Part shown: piece by piece, positions 52,593 to 64,000 of the stretch
Layout: every line of letters starts with the position of its first letter
How positions within the stretch are numbered: the stretch's first letter is position 1
NCBI GenBank assembly: GCA_021613535.1
Contig: CP075493.1
Location: 16,306,001-16,370,000 of the forward strand
Origin: Adineta vaga
Lineage: Eukaryota; Animalia; Rotifera
DNA length: 64,000 nt
Direction: 5' to 3'
Made by a program: the position numbers and the translations under genes
The notes under the pieces: model-generated
Databases searched by the model: none
What the model was told of the DNA's origin: nothing
Seen by the model: only the letters and a program-made list of their open reading frames with translations

Positions 52593-52830
52593 AGTATTGT
52601 TTTTTTCTTTCTATTGTTGTATGTGTTCGTTTTTGCATGATCATTTGTTAGTTGTCAGATTCAAATAAAGTTGCATGACGTACTCTTGTATTGATGTAGA
52701 GCATAGAGATATATTGTATTTTTATTTTATACTTTAGATTTAAGTATAAATATTTACTCGTCAGATATGCTTAGCCGCAAGAAGTCAGTCGAGCAGAAGT
52801 CGTTGGTAAAAAAGACTCCTCGATGGTCTT

Positions 52831-53430
52831 ATGCCAACGAAAGCAAAAAGACGGCCTATCGTCAGAAGACTGTCTGATGATACTACTCAGTCATCATCAG
52901 ATGAAGCCGTCACTCGGTCTTCTTCTGGTTTAAAACGCCATGAAGAAGTACCACAGAAGGTATCAACATCACCTGAACCAAGCCTTGTTTCAGGTCACAG
53001 GCCATCAAGCAGTAGACCTGATGGTGTAGAACAAGAAGGATCAGTGGTAAGGACAGCTTTGAATAAACATGAATTTCGTAATCGAACTTGTTTGATACTA
53101 CTTTTATTCTATAGGCAACTCCATTGGTGTCGGCTAATAGTCAATTTTTTTATTCACCAATGTATCGGCGATACTATGGATTAACACCTCCAAATCCGAG
53201 GTTAAATGATCCTCGGTTATTGGAGGATTACATTGATTGGTACATCAATGTGTACATGGAAGAAGAACTTCCATGGCAGTGGGTAAGATGTGTAGAAAAG
53301 AATTCTTATGAGAAATATTAAATAGATCGATGTTGGTAATCCAGCAGAACGTAGACAACGAGATGAAGATGAAGCAAAAGAAGAATCCAAAAGGCTCAGT
53401 GTTACTTCATCAACATCGACAAACAAATAG
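52831..53430 (+). CDS. Small 3-exon hypothetical ORF downstream of the RT (Terminon accessory ORF candidate)
   Basis: Introns 53047-53114 and 53283-53325 give one open frame of about 160 aa, followed by AATAAA signals. Confidence 0.6.
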
Positions 53431-53722
53431 TATTATGTCGATTTAACACCACAGACAAATAATACTTCGTCGAAAAAGTAACTTTTTCTGTTATCGATGA
53501 GTTTTATTTCATTTAATAAAAAGAAAGCTAAGAATAAAGTCGATGACTATTTTTCATTATCTTATATCAAAGGTGAAGATGAGACTTTCCATGGCTATGC
53601 GTAGCCGACCGGTTTCGATGAGAAGTTACTATTTTGCTTTTCCATGTACTTGTCTATTGATCCTTTGAATATTCTTCTCTTATTTTGTGTCGAGGATGAG
53701 AACGTTATTTTTGAATATCTTA

Positions 53723-54136
53723 TCAGTATGAAAAACGATCGTTAGTATTTGAGTAGTTGAGCATTGCGAAGAGTGAGAAGACAGACACACACCGGTCATG
53801 GTAGTTCATGTCTGCATATCACATCATTTCTCTCGAATTCTTTCGTTATAAATAGACATTCAGCATTTGAAGTCGTGATGCGAGGCTATGCAGACATAAT
53901 CCATCTGATGAGACCCTTGGACAAGGTCGAAACCGGTAGATTATTTTAAAATGGAAATTGCAAAAGACGAAACGATAGTAAGATTGAGAGGGGCACAAAC
54001 AACAGATAACTGCATTTCCGAGAACGTGAACTGTATTTACAGCTACGAATCAACAGAAATAGATAGTACAACGATGACTTTAGAACAACAACGCGAGAGG
54101 AACCACTATTACGAAAAGCAGAGTCTCAGCGAAGCA
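53723..54136 (+). repeat. ~415-bp hammerhead-containing pLTR-like segment, copy 2
   Basis: Direct repeat of 5524-5938. Confidence 0.9.
53896..53944 (+). ncRNA. Hammerhead ribozyme motif (GUA cleavage triplet)
   Basis: ATAATC-cat-CTGATGA-GACC..GGTC-GAAAC-CGGT-A-GATTAT. A 3-nt insert separates stem I from the core. Confidence 0.7.
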
Positions 54137-54157
54137 TCAGCTATTCTAATATAACGT

Positions 54158-54251
54158 GATCATGAAAACCAGAACGGTATTCAGCCAATATCCTCAGACC
54201 GGTTATCGGAAGATGTGGGTTCGAGTCCTGCTCTGATTTCATGATCTTTTT
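54158..54251 (+). ncRNA. tRNA-like cloverleaf RNA with extended acceptor stem and T5 terminator
   Basis: Acceptor AACCAGA/TCTGATT, D-like stem GGTATT/AATATC, anticodon-like TCAGA-CCGGTTA-TCGGA and T-arm GTGGG-TTCGAGT-CCTGC. Outer stem GATCATGA/TCATGATC is followed by TTTTT. Confidence 0.65.
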
Positions 54252-54374
54252 AGATAAGTTTTTCGTACTTATTCAAGCATATCTATGTGGATACTTCAAA
54301 TGAATTAGATCGGAATGTATCGTGGACAAATGAAAGGATTTCTAATTAAAGTTTCTTTACAATCCTATTTTCAA

Positions 54375-54440
54375 ACACACCCACCCACACCCACACCCTG
54401 GTACTCGTGACACGTTTACACCCACCCTCATTCTCACCCA
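54375..54440 (+). repeat. C-rich telomere-type repeats after the Terminon-like unit
   Basis: ACACACCCACCCACACCCACACCC..ACACCCACCCTCATTCTCACCC. Confidence 0.75.
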
Positions 54441-54723
54441 AAGTTACCATCATTTTGGCTTGAGCAATCCAAATTACCTCAGGGTACTCTATATCTATTT
54501 GTTATTATTATTTATAATGATTTTTTTCCAATGATAAAATAATTAATATAAAAAACAAATGTGTTTATTAATTTTGTTCTCGCGTATTTACAATAGTTTT
54601 CATATACAATGTCTTAATACCAACATGTCGTACTGCCAAAGGAAAAATTACAGGTTAGGTATCATTAACATCTCAGCATTTAGTCAACATCTGTCCGATA
54701 CCTACACTTTTCCCTTTAATTTT

Positions 54724-57700
54724 CTACAAATAAGTATATATAACTTCATTACAATCAATATCAGTCGTCATCTCTTTGTCTTCAACTAAACGAATAAAGA
54801 TTTGTTCAAGTGTTGGTTGTGTTATTGTAAAAGTTTGAATTAATTTTTCTTCCTTTTTCTTATTAAACCATTGAAATATAAATGATAAATTGGAACGATA
54901 TTCATTTGTTGTATGTTTTGATCTATTTCTTGTTACAAATGGTATAGTACACAATAACATTCCATTACATTGTTCTATGAATAAAAGATTTTTATATTTA
55001 TAACTAAGAATTTCTTAAATTGATTATACTTTGAATTTCTGTTCCAGAAAAAGTAACTAATAATTCTTTTATAAGTTGTTCAATTGATTCAAATGATGAT
55101 TTAACTTGTATACAATATCCATTTCCAAAACGATGTTTTAATCTTTGTAAATTCCCAAGACATATCAGTTGTCCTGATTTCATAATTCCAATTTCTAAAA
55201 TTTAATCATTATTATCTATTTATTAATTTTATGGAAAAAAAACAAAAAGCGAACTTGTACACAATGCTTCACATTCTTCCATACTATATAGATAAAGTTT
55301 AATAAAGAAAAAACAAAAAATTGATTTCTAAACTAAATAGATTTTTTACCTATGACTTGTTAAAATAATTGTTCTATCAAAATGACGCGCTGTTCGAATA
55401 ATATTCCATAATTTTCGTTTCGCAAGTGGATCCAAACCCTATGAGATAAAAAAAAACAAAAATAATTTATTAAAATTCCTAATAAATTTATAATTTCTTA
55501 CTGTTGTTGGTTCATCTAAAAGTACAATCATTGGTTTACCGATGAATGCTAATAATGCACTTATTTTTCGTTTATTTCCACCACTATAAACATGATTACA
55601 AAATCTCTTAATATATCTTTAAGAAAAACTACCTTAGTTCCTCTATTTGTTTATTTTTATATAAATCAAGATCAAATATATTCAACATATGATTACATAA
55701 TTGAGATAATTTTGTCCATTTAAATCCTTTTAATCTAAATAAATAGAAAAATGTGATATAATAAATATATAAAGATTTGATATATTAATAAACCTTGCAA
55801 ATAAAGTTATTGTTTCAATAACAGTTAAATTATTTATAAGCCAATCAAATTGTGGACAATAACCAATATTAATATCTCGTTTCTAAAATAATAAAATTTA
55901 AAAATTTTTAAAATGAAAGATTTATTTGAAAAATATTTAACCATTAAATTAATATTTCTTCTATTAATAAATATATCACCTGATGTTGATTTCAATTCAC
56001 CAGTTAACATTCGAAATATTGTTGTTTTACCAGCACCATTTGCTCCTTTATAGAAAATAAATTATTAACAAACGAAAATAAAATTTTTTTTTATATAAAA
56101 AACCTAATAAACCAAAACATGATTGTTTTGGAACATAAAAATTTAAATGATCAATAACTTTATAAATTTGTCGATGTATTGATTTTTGTTTTCGTTTTTT
56201 AAATTCTTGTAGAAGATCACGAACATAAATAATTGATGAATTTAATACAATATTTTCATTTAATATTAAATCACGTTCATTTCGTACATCTTCATCTAAA
56301 TGCTGTAGAACAAAAATATTGAAAATTAAATCAAATTCTAAATTCAATTTAATAGATGTTAACAACTGAAATTTTGTCTATGAAATATAAATATCCATTA
56401 TACTTTTCGAAAGCTACTGTTTCATTCTAAATATCTTTATTCTTGTTACGAGATTTTTTACATACCGTATCATTCCATTGATTTAATGTTGTTATTTTTA
56501 TTTTCTTATTATTTGAATATTGTTGATAAATTCGTTTAAATAAAATTTGATTTTCAATTAAAATCAAAATAAACCACCAAAATAAAATTTGACCAAAAAA
56601 AATAATAAATAAAATTCCAATTCCTGGTTCATGAATTGACATCCATGAATCATTTAAAGAATAATCAGTAAACATAACTTCATTGATTATAGAAAGACAA
56701 TTTCTATCAGATTTTAAACGAATATTATATAAAGAACGTTTGAAATTTACACATGGAAAAAGTATTGCAATAATCCATGTAATTTTATTCATAATATTTG
56801 ATAAATATATTATATTTGTTGTATTTCTTACTTCTGTTTGTTTAACTACTGAAATAAAATGAAATGTCATATCAATAAAACAAGCAAAAATATTTAGAAT
56901 AAAAAATGTTGTAAAACCAATAAATTGAGATTTTTGAATAAATGAATAAACATATATCATTGGTATTGAAGCTAATGAATACATAAAAATCATTAGAAAA
57001 TAATATCCAATTTGTTCAGTATTTCTATAAATATGAATTTCCGATTGAGAATTTGAATTTATTATTGAACCAATCTAATAAAAAAAAGAAATAATAATAT
57101 TAATCTGAATTATTTGATTTTTTTTACTTTAAGAATAATTGTTAAAATACTTGAAAGTATAAGACATAAACATACATCAAATATAAGATTAGAAAACCAA
57201 TAAAGTTTTTTAGTTAAATTTGTTAATAATTGTAAATCTTTTGAATGATTTAAACGTTCTTCAGTTATTGATATAATAAGAATTCCAATAAACATAATAC
57301 CAATAATACTATCAATAAAATTAAATAATGATAATGGTAATACATCAAAACAATATAAAATATCAAATAAATCTTCAATAAATGTCGTATTCTCTTTTGA
57401 TGTAATTATTGGTTGATTTATTGTTTGAATTTGTTTTTTTGTTGAATTAGAATAATATTGAAATAAATTTGATGTGATTAGATTTAAACTTGTTGGTATT
57501 ATATGAAAATTAACTGTTGAAAAATAAATATTATATATAAAAGAATTTTCTATTGATGTTTTATTGAAATTTATTGAAAATGCCATTTGATATTTATTAA
57601 TAAAAATATCTTCATTAATTAAATACCTATTATGAATATAATCAAGTATATTATCAGTATATATTTCATCAATAATTGTACCAGATTTTGCAATTGAATT

Positions 57701-60700
57701 AATTAAATTTTTATAAATATTACTTTGATAATTATTAGAATAAAGAACAACAGTATGAGGATTATAATTTGATAAATTGAATTTGATTTGAACATCTTTT
57801 TTATGAATATTTTGTGCAAATGTTGATCGAATATCTTCAGATGATGGTAAAAAAATAACAATAAGAATGTGAAATAAAACTGGAAAAATAAAAAATCCAA
57901 GAAGAAAATTATATTGTCGATATAAAATATGCCATCGTTTGATTAAGAGTGCAAATATACGAAAGATAATTAAACGAAGACTTTTTTCATATTCATAATT
58001 ATTATTAAAAACTAAAAAATAAATAATCTTTTTCGAGACGATTCATGCTAATTATTTTTATCTCGAGTTCGAGTCCAAAAAAGTAAATATCAACTTTCTA
58101 CTACCGAAGACTATCAGTATGGCGCAACTAGGTGTAAGGCAAATCAAACATGTATAACTCGAAACTTGAATTCAAGTATTTAAGTATCTGTTCAACTATA
58201 ATTTCATACTCATAAAATTTCTCGCAATGGATATTTTACCCGTGAAATCCAAATGATATGGGATATACAGAGTTTAGCTACTCTGTCAATGGTGTCGGAA
58301 TCGAACGGGTGGATTGAAAGTTTTGCCACAAAATGTTCGTTTACTTTCAACAACAGGATTTTTGACTGTATAGAATTAAAGACGAGAGTTGTCTCTACAG
58401 AATGATAGATAAGAACCAAGAGTTTTAGAATAATCATTCAAGAAAAGTTGAGTTCACTTTGTAAATCGATTTTCCAAAGAAATCGGTACGTGTCACCTAG
58501 TAAAATAATCACTATTAACAGATAATTTGCAGCAGACCAATTCTTAGTAGAGCATTTCACAGAGTAATACCCGCTCTTTCATTCGCTGTATTTAAAATCT
58601 TTTTTAGTACACTGAAGTTTGTTCAAACTTGATTTTAGAGCTTCTAAAAGATTGTCTCATAGCTCTCAAAGCAAAAGTACTATAAATGTTTTGAGCCCAT
58701 ATTCAGAAAGAGAATAAAATTCTGATTTTAACACAACGTTTTAAAATTTGTACAGGCTCTTTTAAGAGACTAAAAAGCAAACGAACATTTTGTGGCAAAA
58801 CTTTCGATCCACCCGTTATATTTTGTCTCTGAAAACTGTCATACTTTGATTAATTTTAAGCTGATTGCATAGAATTGGATTTTCTTGATTTTCACAAATT
58901 AATCTATTTTGAACATAAGAAAAGATTTAATTTTAATTAAAAATTTTCTTTTTTTATACTTTACTTTAGAAAAACATCTTCAATTGTAATCGTTGATAAA
59001 CCATAATTTTCAATTCCAATATTTAATTTTCTCTTATCTAATTCCGATATTAAACGATGAATTTGTTTTGAATTATTTCTTTTTATAGCAAAAATCATTT
59101 CTGCTGATGATTCTCTTTCTAATGTAATATCTGGAATATGTTGCTGAATAAATCTTGTTATAAATTCATTTTTATATTTTTCATTTTTTTCAATGAAAAA
59201 TCGATATTCGAATTCTAAATATTAAAATATATTTGAAGAAACGAAAAAAAAACAAAACAAAACCTATTTGATTTTTGAGAAAACTGGGTGTACCATATGC
59301 TTGAAGATGTCCATTTGTTATAAAAGCAATTCGATCAGATAAAATATCAGCTTCTTCAAGAAAATGTGTTGTTAAAATAATACATTTACCTTCTTCTTTC
59401 ATTTTCTGTATAATATTCCAAATTAAATGACGATTATACGGATCTTTAGAAAAAGAAAATATAATTTTATTATTCCTAAATTTACATTTACCAATTCCCG
59501 TTGTTGGTTCATCAAAAATAAGAATCTATTTACAATATCAAATAAATTTATTAAAAATAAAATTAAAATTAAAAAAAGAAGAATATACTTTTGGATCACC
59601 AATTAATGATATACCAAGAGATAAACGTCTTTTCATACCACCAGACAAATTTTTTGATAATGTATGTCGATCATCATTTAAATTAATCAAATGAAGAATT
59701 TTTTCAATTGATTCTTTCAATATTATTGAATTCATAGAACGCATCTATTATTATATAAAAATTTTAAAAAATAATTTCTATTCTCAATATTTTAACTCAA
59801 ATAATTATTTAAAAGAAAAAAACAAAACATTTTTCTATATATCTCGACCGATTCTTATTACTTAAGCACAACCGAACATTATTATAGCTGTAGTAAATTT
59901 ATAACATACTTTTCCAATTAATTTCAAATGTTCTTCAATGGATAATTCATTATAAAGAATATCTAAAAATAAAATTAACAATATTTGAAAAACAAAACTA
60001 AAATTTCCATATAAATTTTATTTTCAAACCATATTGTGAACAAAATCCTAAGATTTTTCGAATCTTTTCATTAGATATGAAATTATCTAATCCATCAATT
60101 GTAATAGAACCAGATGTTGATTGTAACATTCCTAAAATTTAAAAAAAAAATAAAAATTTTTCTATTTTAAAATCTATTCTTACCAACAAGTAAAAATGTT
60201 ATTGTCGTTTTTCCTGCTCCATTATGTCCTAATAATGAACATACTTCACCTTGATAAAAATTTAATGATAAATTTGATATTGCTATAAAATCTTTATATT
60301 TCTAAAAACAAAACTTTTTTAAAAAAACTTTTCGTTTTTCTTTCCAACAAACTTTTGTTAAATTTGATATTTTTATTAATGGATTGTTCATTTGATTTAT
60401 TGAATTTAATTCAATCCATTGATTATTATTATTATTATTTTCATAAAATTCTTCATTTTTTGATTTAATTGATAAACATTTAAATAAATAATTCCATTTT
60501 TTTGGAATACCAAATTTACCTGGATTAATTCTTTCAATATAAATTGCTAATAAGAAATAAAATCCCGAATAAATTATCATAAAAAGAAGACATAAACCAA
60601 CATATAATTCATATGAAAATAAATTTGAATATAAATGTTTATATGTCATTAATTCAGCTAAAGAATAAAAAAGTCATTTCAAATTATTAAATCAATAATC

Positions 60701-62528
60701 TTACTTCCTTTTCGTTCATATTGTAAAATAACTTGTAAAGAAAATAATAAACCTAAATTTGGAAATAAACATAAAAAATATCGAATACCAACTGAAACAT
60801 CTCGATAAAAATCAATTAAAGTTATTATCCATATAATAAAACTTATTAATTTTGCTAATAATACTAAAAAACAAATAAAAACTTTAAAAAGAAAGAATCA
60901 AATGATTTCTTTTCTAATCGAACCACGTTTAAATAATTGTGCAAAACAAACACTAAATGCTGAAAGTTCAATTGAATAAATAAATAAAATAGTCCAAATT
61001 AATGTCCAATGTGTATTATTAAATATAGCTCGATCAACACTTATCTCTTCTCGTTTAGAACTTGATATTTTCATTAAACTAAAAGCAGTTGTAATTGAAA
61101 TTAATATTAAATAGATTAACATTGATCGACTCATCCATACAAGATTATTTATCCAAGTTTGAAGACCATAAATACGTAAATATTCCTATATTAAATAAAT
61201 AAATAAATAAAATTTTTTTCTGCAAAAATTCAAAATTATTTTTACTTTAGTTTTATTTTCACGTTCTTCAACAATATAACCAATATTTATTATAAATGTT
61301 ATTAAAAATATAATTGATAAATAAATTGGAACAAATGATTCATAAATTGTATTTAATTGATCAGTATAAACTTGTGGACAACCAAAATGATTTAAAAAAA
61401 TCTATTTTTATTTTAAAAAAAAATATAAATAAATATTAATTCAAAATATAATTATACATTTTTTGAAAATAGATTTGTTTGATTTGTAACATATTCTATA
61501 ATTGATATATCAATAGCATATTGAATACCAACAAATCGATTTGTATAATTAACAAAACTATTATTTCCTTTAAATATATATATAATTTGTTATTTTATCG
61601 GATTGATGATGAGTGTTTTTCTTTTACCTTGACAAAAATCTTCGGGTGCTCGTTTCCATAAATATTCATCTTTTGGAATTTTTATCGTTTGTGCACGATA
61701 ATAGAATGGACCATTTCTATATATATATTCGAAAAAAAGATAATAATAATAATACAATTATACATTTCTTACTCTTGCATACGTAAAATATATTGAATTT
61801 CATCAGGTATTATTGATGAATGATTACAAGTATTGAGATTAGTAAAATAAATAAAAGAAAATATTGAAAGTAATGAAAAATTTGATGTTGATGAAAGTGT
61901 TGGATCGGATATATATTGTACTAAAACAAAACAATTTTAAACACTTCTATTTCAGTAAATGAATACTTCATTTGTAAATCTACGATAAATTAATTATCTT
62001 TTTAAGAAAAACTTTCATATATAATGAACTATAACATTATCTACTGTCTCGAAAAATTATATTGATAAATTGGACTAGTTACACGTCTTCTTTTGTATGG
62101 AAAATGAATGTATTTAGTGAATTATATAAATGACATACTTTTATTAGGAAAATCAGATTTAATTCGTCGAAGATTATTCACTGCATTATAAATAATAGTT
62201 TTTGTACATATATTATCTTTAATAAATAATAAGATTTTTATATAAATAAATAAATAAACAAACCTGGATAATAATAAATTGTATCACCTGTTCCATTTGA
62301 TAGTAATGAATCTATTGGATAAAAGCGAGGTATTTGAAAATCAGAATGATATCGACGTTCAAGAATAAAACGCATAGCTGGTAAAAGTCCAATGAATATG
62401 CTTGCTAAGAAAATTTCCATTATTGTACGACCAGGATTTCGTATTGTTAAAAGAAATGTTTTGATAAATAATGATCGAAAATTATTTAAAAACATTGTAC
62501 AATAATTAGATTGATCACGATATTCCAT
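54724..62528 (-). CDS. ABCA-subfamily full ABC transporter, many exons
   Basis: Two TMD-NBD halves. NBD1 has [44 protein letters not shown]2 has [14 protein letters not shown] and GGNKRK. The C-terminus has TQPTLEQIF. Confidence 0.93.
58304..58817. mobile_element. MITE with ~39-bp TIRs inside an ABCA intron
   Basis: AACGGGTGGATTGAAAGTTTTGCCACAAAATGTTCGTTT is the inverse of AAACGAACATTTTGTGGCAAAACTTTCGATCCACCCGTT. Confidence 0.8.
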
Positions 62529-64000
62529 TTTTCACCCTACTTATTAATAAGGACGCAAAATAAATCAGTCATTACCTGACTTTTTTCTTTCTATACTATA
62601 ATATATAAAGCAAATTATACGAACGAAAAAAAAAAATTTTTTCGTGTGTATTCAACCGATAAAATGATACAAACAAACGTATTTTATCTATCGATTTTAT
62701 TTAGTAATAACACATAGATAGAATGAACTTATATATTAAAAACATTATATGAGAATAATATATCATATTGTTTATACTATAGAATCAATCGATGTGTTCG
62801 TTCATCCGTTCTTTTAAACGATAAATTCTGAAAAGCTAATCTAATTATGATGAAATTTTCTACCGAGTATTGTCACTTGAATATTTCTGTAAAATTCGAA
62901 GATGAGCCTGATTGGACGAGCTATTATTGAGTTATTGAAAAAATACTGGTATTTCTCTATATCCTCTATCTCATACGCTTTATGCAGTACACATAACTTT
63001 CGAATAAAATCCGAAATTTCCGCATTTATTCACTATATAGACTGCAACACAATCGATCTTATATTTCCATATTTCTACAATATTAAATTTATGTATTCAA
63101 AAAATCTTGCGAAAACTTACAAAAGGAAAGCCAAGGATACAAAGAAAGAATACAACAACTCGAAAATACATTGATAAAGGTGCATAAACATTATTATATA
63201 TAGGTATTTATATTGATGTTATTGTTAACATTCTTTAGGTCAAATGTATTTTCAATTCAGGTACGTTTTCTTCAATAAACGATAGGATAAATATGAAAAT
63301 GGGAAGAAAAAGAAAGCAAATATTTTTTTTTTTTTCTTCTCATTAAAAAGGTAACTGCAAAGATACAAAATATCGAAACATAATGTTTTGGTTTATGATA
63401 TTTTTCCTATTCATAATTCTTTCTTATATAATTTATAAGAAAAGAAAAATCTCTTTGGAATGTTATATGATTTTGAAATCAATAAAAATGTCTAGTCCAA
63501 TAATTTCATATAATCGCGCATTTGATTATAGAAAATGTGTACATTTGATCCACAATTTGGTCAAGGTATAACTCATATTTGTCGATAAGCAAGAGAATTA
63601 AATAATATTTTTGAAGAAAATTCTTATGAATTAAAAGATATTTTTTATATTCATAAATAATCGTGCATCAAAAATTAGTGGTGAATGTTGGATTTCTTCA
63701 ACTGCAAGTAATTGGAAAACATCAACATTAAAAGTAATTCAAACAAATCGATATGGAAAAAGAAAAATCTTTGTACGAAATGAACAGTTTCCAAATAAAA
63801 AAGAATAGCAATTAAAAACCCCTTTTTTATTCAATTTATGCAATGGTATAATTATTGGCTTTTATATTGTGCATCAAAACCAGGAAAATTAACGACGGAA
63901 TTTTTATATGTTATTAATCAACATAAAAATCCTTTGATTTTATTTAAACCATTAACATTCTTTTCAGTTTGTTTCAATGCTTTCATTCATTATTTTAACT

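Noticed and set aside
63383-64000. Possible gene start with an N-terminal hydrophobic segment
   Set aside because: Short, interrupted by stops, with no recognisable motif, and cut by the window edge.

Overview
Eukaryotic, AT-rich genomic DNA with short spliceosomal introns. It is most likely from a bdelloid rotifer, based on (TGTGGG)n telomere-type repeats, Athena Penelope-like retroelements and typical gene families. The window is heavily rearranged and transposon-rich. Host genes include a single-exon rhodopsin-type GPCR, a Thr/Ser-rich transmembrane mucin, a ~20-intron fungal/bacterial-type S8 subtilisin (probable horizontal acquisition), an ABCA transporter, two members of a 'CPC...CSS' membrane-protein family and a decayed ionotropic glutamate receptor. 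Mobile DNA includes four 5'-truncated endonuclease-less Athena RT copies in two tandem arrays and one intron-containing Terminon-like unit with a clear -1 frameshift signal. There are also seven hammerhead ribozyme motifs, a full-length CACTA/EnSpm element plus a deletion derivative, an intact mariner, a Sola-like element, a solo LTR and several MITEs. The most striking unexplained signal is a recurrent telomere-repeat hairpin, ATCTTGAGGG(TGTGGG)n-TGTTGG-[TACTACATCTAT]-CCAAYA-(CCCACA)m-CCCTCAAGAT. It has independently variable arm lengths and no evident target-site duplication, and one copy sits exactly at a ~5 kb deletion junction, so it is a candidate RT/telomerase-templated double-strand-break patch. 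A second is a non-canonical tRNA-like cloverleaf with a Pol III-type terminator at the 3' end of the Terminon-like unit. All calls come from reading the sequence by eye; no searches were run, and exon coordinates are approximate.
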